A DNA stretch of 64,000 nt, taken from contig JAMPGE010000001.1 in assembly GCA_023664085.1 (NCBI GenBank), positions 17,626-81,625 on the forward strand, given 5' to 3'. Below are positions 59,511 through 64,000 of this stretch, piece by piece. The number at the start of each line of letters is the position of its first letter. The stretch's first letter is position 1. A program made the position numbers and the translations under genes. The notes below the pieces were generated by a model. The model worked only from the letters and a program-made list of their open reading frames with translations, did no database searches and had not been told where the DNA came from. The DNA comes from Muribaculum sp. (GTDB lineage: Bacteria; Bacteroidota; Bacteroidia; Bacteroidales; Muribaculaceae).

Positions 59511-60143
59511 TTAAAGTTGGTTGATTAACTCGACGCTACCTTCAGTGAGCAGAATTGCGTCGTTGTTGAGCACTGTGTAGGCATTGAGGTCCATAGCACG
59601 CTGGAGCAGTGCGTTGGGCACGTTGCGTACGGAAAGCAGCACATTGTCGTCTTTTTCGGCAAATACCAAGAGCACCTTCTTGTCTTCAAGTTTGAAGTTT
59701 TTGGCGATGTTCATATAGTTCTTTGTCTTGGGGGCGTCGAATGTGAAGTTTTCCACCACGATGATCTGTCCGTCGTTGACCTTTGAAGTGAGGGCAATGC
59801 GACGTGCCAGAGCCTTCATCTTTTTGTTGAGTTTCGAACGATAGTCGCGGGGACGGGGACCGAATACGCGGCCGCCGCCACGGAGCACCGGAGAGTTGAT
59901 GTCGCCTCTACGGGCGCCGCCGCCGCCTTTCTGACGGATGAGTTTGCGGGTAGATCCGCTTACTTCGCTGCGCTCTTTGCTCTTGTGGGTGCCTTGACGC
60001 TGGTTGCCGAGGTATTGTTTTACGTCGAGATATAAAGTGTGGTCTGCATTGCCTTCGCTAAGATCGCGGGCAAACACTTCGTCGTTGAGGGTCACTTTGC
60101 GACCCGTGTCTTCTCCTTTGATGTTAAATACAGCTACTTCCAT
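59511..60143 (-). CDS. rplD: 50S ribosomal protein L4
   Basis: [13 protein letters not shown] and [11 protein letters not shown]. Confidence 0.99.
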   Translation of the reverse strand: MEVAVFNIKGEDTGRKVTLNDEVFARDLSEGNADHTLYLDVKQYLGNQRQGTHKSKERSEVSGSTRKLIRQKGGGGARRGDINSPVLRGGGRVFGPRPRDYRSKLNKKMKALARRIALTSKVNDGQIIVVENFTFDAPKTKNYMNIAKNFKLEDKKVLLVFAEKDDNVLLSVRNVPNALLQRAMDLNAYTVLNNDAILLTEGSVELINQL

Positions 60144-60760
60144 TATTTCTCAACTAAAACGATTGAACCTTTGGAACCGGGAATGGAACCCTTAATCATT
60201 AACAAATTGTGCTCTGGGATAACTTTGATTACCTGCAGGTTCTGCACGGTAACGCGTTCGTTGCCCATTTGTCCGGCCATGCGCAGTCCTTTGAACACTT
60301 TGGCAGGATAGGAGCAGGCGCCTATAGAACCGGGCGCACGCAGACGGTTGTGCTGACCATGAGTGCTCTGACCGACACCGCCGAATCCATGACGTTTTAC
60401 CACGCCTTGGAAACCTTTACCTTTGCTGGTGCCTACTACGTCGACGAATCCGCCTTCCTGGAAGAGCTCTACAGTGAGAGTTTCGCCCAGAGCGGGGACT
60501 GTTTCAAACGACTTGAACTCGGCCAAGTGGCGCTTGGGAGTCACTCCTGCTTTCTTGAAAAGGCCAGCTTCGGGCTTGTTGGTGTGCTTCTCGGTCTTGT
60601 CCTGGAAGCCTACCTGAACTGCCTCGTAGCCATCTTTCTCAAGAGTCTTGATCTGAGTAACCACACAAGGACCTACTTCGATAACAGTGCACGGAACATT
60701 TTTTCCGTCGGCACTGAAAACGGATGTCATTCCGATTTTCTTTCCTAATAATCCTGGCAT
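60143..60760 (-). CDS. rplC: 50S ribosomal protein L3
   Basis: GKKIGMT and [13 protein letters not shown]. Confidence 0.99.
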   Translation of the reverse strand: MPGLLGKKIGMTSVFSADGKNVPCTVIEVGPCVVTQIKTLEKDGYEAVQVGFQDKTEKHTNKPEAGLFKKAGVTPKRHLAEFKSFETVPALGETLTVELFQEGGFVDVVGTSKGKGFQGVVKRHGFGGVGQSTHGQHNRLRAPGSIGACSYPAKVFKGLRMAGQMGNERVTVQNLQVIKVIPEHNLLMIKGSIPGSKGSIVLVEK

Positions 60761-60841
60761 TTCTTACTTTGTAGTTTGGATTGTTATTGTTTATATCCGC
60801 GGCGCGCGCGGCGCCGCGGTTTTGTTTTCTTTTGGGGTTGC

Positions 60842-61147
60842 TTATACCTTGATGCTTACGTCAACACCGCTGGGGAGTTCGAGTTTCATCAGAGCATCGA
60901 TGGTCTTCGTGGTAGAAGAGTATATGTCGATAAGACGCTGGAAGGATGAAAGCTGAAACTGCTCACGGCTTTTCTTGTTGACGAAGGTGGAGCGGTTGAC
61001 TGTGAAGATGCGCTTGTGGGTAGGCAGAGGTATGGGACCGCTGACGGCTGCGCCTGTGGACTTCACTGTCTTCACGATCTTCTCGGCGGATTTGTCTACC
61101 AGATTGTGATCGTATGATTTCAGTTTGATTCTAATTTTTTGGCTCAT
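60842..61147 (-). CDS. rpsJ: 30S ribosomal protein S10
   Basis: IRIKLKSYD and GPIPLPT. Confidence 0.99.
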   Translation of the reverse strand: MSQKIRIKLKSYDHNLVDKSAEKIVKTVKSTGAAVSGPIPLPTHKRIFTVNRSTFVNKKSREQFQLSSFQRLIDIYSSTTKTIDALMKLELPSGVDVSIKV

Positions 61148-61164
61148 ATGTTATGAATGACGTA

Positions 61165-63288
61165 TTATTTAATCAGATCCACACGGCCCTGTACTTCTGT
61201 GAGCACATTGCGCGCGATTGATGAACTTACTTCAGAGTAGTGGCTGAAAGACATTGTGCTGGTGGCGCGTCCGGAAGTGATGGTACGCAGAGCGGTTACA
61301 TAACCGAACATTTCTGCCAGAGGAGCTTTTGCCTTAACGATGCGTGCACCGCTGCGGCTTGTCTCCATGCCTTCCACCTGACCTCTACGTTTGTTGAGGT
61401 CGCCGATTACGTCGCCCATGCTTTCTTCGGGAGTAACTACCTCAATCTTCATGATAGGCTCCATAAGAACCGGTCCGGCCTTTTCAGATGCTTTCTTGAA
61501 GGCCTGGATTGCACAGAGTTCGAACGAAAGCTGGTCGGAGTCCACGGGGTGGAAGCTACCGTCGATCAAAGTCACTTTCAGTCGCTCTACGGGGTAACCT
61601 GCGAGCACACCGTTTTTCATAGCGGTCTGGAAGCCTTTCTGTACGGAAGGAATATATTCTTTGGGCACGTTGCCGCCCTTAACCTCGTCGATAAACTGGA
61701 GGCTTCCTTCGAAGTCTTCGTCGGCAGGCTCTACACGAACGATGATGTCGGCGAACTTACCGCGACCACCGGTCTGCTTCTTGAATGTCTCGCGAAGTTC
61801 AACCGGTTTGGTGATAGCCTCTTTGTAGGTAACCTGCGGGCGACCCTGATTACATTCTACCTTGAATTCGCGACGCAGACGGTCGATGATAATGTCAAGG
61901 TGAAGCTCACCCATGCCGGAGATGACAGTCTGACCTGTCTCTTCGTTGGTTTCCACACGGAAAGTGGGGTCTTCTTCTGCCAATTTCTGCAGACCTACAC
62001 CGAGTTTGTCGAGGTCTTTCTGAGTTTTGGGCTCAACTGCGATACCGATTACGGGATCGGGGAATTCCATAGCCTCGAGAACGATGGGAGCGTCTTCGGC
62101 ACAGAGGGTGTCACCCGTACGGATATCCTTGAAACCTACGCCGGCACCGATATCGCCGCAACCGATACGCTCTTTGGGGTTCTGCTTGTTGGAGTGCATC
62201 TGGAACAGACGTGAGATACGCTCCTTCTTGCCGGAACGGGTATTGAGCACGTAGCTGCCGGCATCGATAAAACCGGAGTAAACGCGGAAGAAGCAGAGAC
62301 GGCCTACATAGGGGTCGGTAGCGATCTTGAACGCGAGAGCGGCCATGGGAGCTTCGGGAGAAGGCTCGCGGGTCTCGATCTCGTCAGGATCACCTACGGC
62401 GTGACCTTCGACAGCGCCTGCGTCTTCGGGACTGGGCAGATAAGCGCAGACAGCGTCGAGCAAGGTCTGCACACCTTTGTTTTTGAAGGAAGAGCCGCAG
62501 ATCATGGGGTTTACAGCCATCGAGAGGGTGGCTTTGCGGATGGCGGCCTTGATTTCGTCTACGGTTATTGTGGAGGGATCGTCGAAATATTTCTCCATGA
62601 GAGCCTCGTCGGTTTCGGCAAGAGTCTCAAGCATCTTGTCGCGCCATGTTTCGGCTTCTTCGCGGAGGTTGTCGGGAATTTCGTCGATGGTGTATTCGGC
62701 ACCCATGGTCTCGTCGTGCCAGAAGATTGCCTTCATGGTGACGAGGTCGACAACTCCCTTGAAAGTTTCCTCAGCACCGATGGGGATCTGGATGGCCAGC
62801 GGAGTTGCGCCGAGCACGTCCTTCACCTGACGCACCACTTCGAAGAAGTTGGCGCCGGAGCGGTCCATTTTATTTACGTAACCTATACGGGGCACGTTGT
62901 ATTTATCAGCCTGACGCCAAACGGTTTCGCTCTGGGGTTCCACGCCACCTACAGCGCAGAAAGCAGCCACGGCACCGTCGAGCACACGCAGGGAGCGTTC
63001 CACTTCTACGGTGAAATCGACGTGTCCCGGAGTGTCGATCAGGTTGATTTTATACTTATCGTTGTTATAGTTCCAGAAAGTAGTGGTGGCGGCGGAAGTG
63101 ATGGTGATGCCGCGTTCCTGTTCCTGAGCCATCCAGTCCATGGTGGCGGCGCCATCGTGCACCTCACCGATTTTATGGGTCAGACCGGTATAGAAGAGGA
63201 TACGTTCTGAAGTTGTAGTCTTACCGGCATCAATATGGGCCATGATGCCGATATTTCTCGTGAACTTAAGTTCGTCGTGTTTAGCCAT
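61165..63288 (-). CDS. fusA: Elongation factor G
   Basis: [29 protein letters not shown] and GMGELHL. Confidence 0.99.
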   Translation of the reverse strand: MAKHDELKFTRNIGIMAHIDAGKTTTSERILFYTGLTHKIGEVHDGAATMDWMAQEQERGITITSAATTTFWNYNNDKYKINLIDTPGHVDFTVEVERSLRVLDGAVAAFCAVGGVEPQSETVWRQADKYNVPRIGYVNKMDRSGANFFEVVRQVKDVLGATPLAIQIPIGAEETFKGVVDLVTMKAIFWHDETMGAEYTIDEIPDNLREEAETWRDKMLETLAETDEALMEKYFDDPSTITVDEIKAAIRKATLSMAVNPMICGSSFKNKGVQTLLDAVCAYLPSPEDAGAVEGHAVGDPDEIETREPSPEAPMAALAFKIATDPYVGRLCFFRVYSGFIDAGSYVLNTRSGKKERISRLFQMHSNKQNPKERIGCGDIGAGVGFKDIRTGDTLCAEDAPIVLEAMEFPDPVIGIAVEPKTQKDLDKLGVGLQKLAEEDPTFRVETNEETGQTVISGMGELHLDIIIDRLRREFKVECNQGRPQVTYKEAITKPVELRETFKKQTGGRGKFADIIVRVEPADEDFEGSLQFIDEVKGGNVPKEYIPSVQKGFQTAMKNGVLAGYPVERLKVTLIDGSFHPVDSDQLSFELCAIQAFKKASEKAGPVLMEPIMKIEVVTPEESMGDVIGDLNKRRGQVEGMETSRSGARIVKAKAPLAEMFGYVTALRTITSGRATSTMSFSHYSEVSSSIARNVLTEVQGRVDLIK

Positions 63289-63309
63289 TATTCAAAAGGG
63301 TAAAACCAA

Positions 63310-63786
63310 TTAAAATCTGAAGTGAGCGAAAGCACGGTTGGCTTCGGCCATACGGTGCATATCTTCTTTTCTCTTGTAGGCACCGCCCTGGTCATTGAAA
63401 GCGTCGACGATTTCAGCGGCGAGCTTGTCGGCCATAGTCTTGCCACCGCGTTTGCGGGCGAAGATGATAAGATTTTTCATTGATATGGACTCCTTGCGGT
63501 CGGCACGGATTTCGGTAGGCACCTGGAAAGTGGCGCCACCGATGCGGCGAGATTTAACCTCAACCTGGGGAGTGACATTTTCGAGTGCTTTCTTCCAGAT
63601 CTCGAGAGCTGACTTTTCTTCCTGGGGAAGTTTGGCCTTCACGTTCTCAAGAGCAGTGTAGAAGATGGTGTAGGCGGTATTTTTCTTACCGTCGAGCATC
63701 AGATGGTTGACAAATTTTGTCACTCTTACATCGTGAAAAACAGGATCGGGGAGTATAACCCTTTTCTTTGGTTTTGCTTTTCTCAT
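63310..63786 (-). CDS. rpsG: 30S ribosomal protein S7
   Basis: Start ATG 63786 (MRKAKPKKR); [15 protein letters not shown] and [10 protein letters not shown]. Confidence 0.99.
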   Translation of the reverse strand: MRKAKPKKRVILPDPVFHDVRVTKFVNHLMLDGKKNTAYTIFYTALENVKAKLPQEEKSALEIWKKALENVTPQVEVKSRRIGGATFQVPTEIRADRKESISMKNLIIFARKRGGKTMADKLAAEIVDAFNDQGGAYKRKEDMHRMAEANRAFAHFRF

Positions 63787-63993
63787 TTTGAGATGTTTAA
63801 TGTTTTGATTTTGGCTGCTTTCAAGGCGTAGGTCCAAATGAAGCCATTTCAGTCAACAGAACTGCAAACGATGGCTCGTTGCCTCGCCCTGGTCTTCAAC
63901 ACCACTTTTTTTTGAAAGCGGAGTTTACTCAACCGTAGCCGTCCAAGAAATCAAAAACTGATTGATTTGATTTGTTGAAATTTGGCGGCTACT
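63787..63993 (-). promoter_or_regulatory. Structured spacer upstream of rpsG, candidate S7-type leader
   Basis: Nested stems 63803-11/63948-56, 63813-16/63937-40, 63817-24/63912-19 and 63842-47/63871-76. Confidence 0.45.
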
Positions 63994-64000
63994 TTATTTT

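Noticed and set aside
61240-63210. Long antisense ORFs opposite fusA (and similar ones opposite typA, gpmI, rpsC and the nucleotidase)
   Set aside because: Expected from codon bias of highly expressed genes; no recognisable protein features
63994-64000. Probable stop codon and last Lys codon of rpsL
   Set aside because: Only 7 nt in the window; supported by gene order alone

Overview
Core-chromosome segment of a Bacteroidales bacterium, probably Muribaculaceae-like (inferred from protein style and TAnnTTTG -7 promoters). The first ~45 kb is mixed housekeeping and envelope genes: dgkA, PAP2, ADP-ribosylglycohydrolase, menA, dnaB, rpmH, efp, GT2, radC, GH3, 5'-nucleotidase, gpmI, rplS, folP, cdaA, rsgA, porQ, M6 protease, typA, tamA/tamB, rpsO, pullulanase, tRNA-Arg(CCG), ung, T9SS plug, DAHP synthase/chorismate mutase and cls. 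The last ~18 kb is the str-S10-spc-alpha ribosomal cluster on the minus strand, from rpsG/fusA to rplQ. I found no CRISPR array, prophage, integrase or transposase. The most notable signals are mostly non-coding. (1) A ~148-bp MITE with IS4-like 19-bp terminal inverted repeats, a 10-bp target duplication and an internal REP-like hairpin triplet; it occurs as two full copies and two solo ends. (2) A one-base frameshift in a T6 tract that separates the signal peptide from a T9SS cargo gene. (3) Two ORF-free structured RNAs: a ~140-nt promoter-to-terminator sRNA candidate and a 6S-like rod. (4) Two micro-satellite arrays, one with higher-order periodicity. (5) A VanZ-TamB fusion. (6) An SSB-like acidic tip on DnaB. 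(7) Several structured spacers inside the ribosomal operon. All calls were made by eye; no database search was run.
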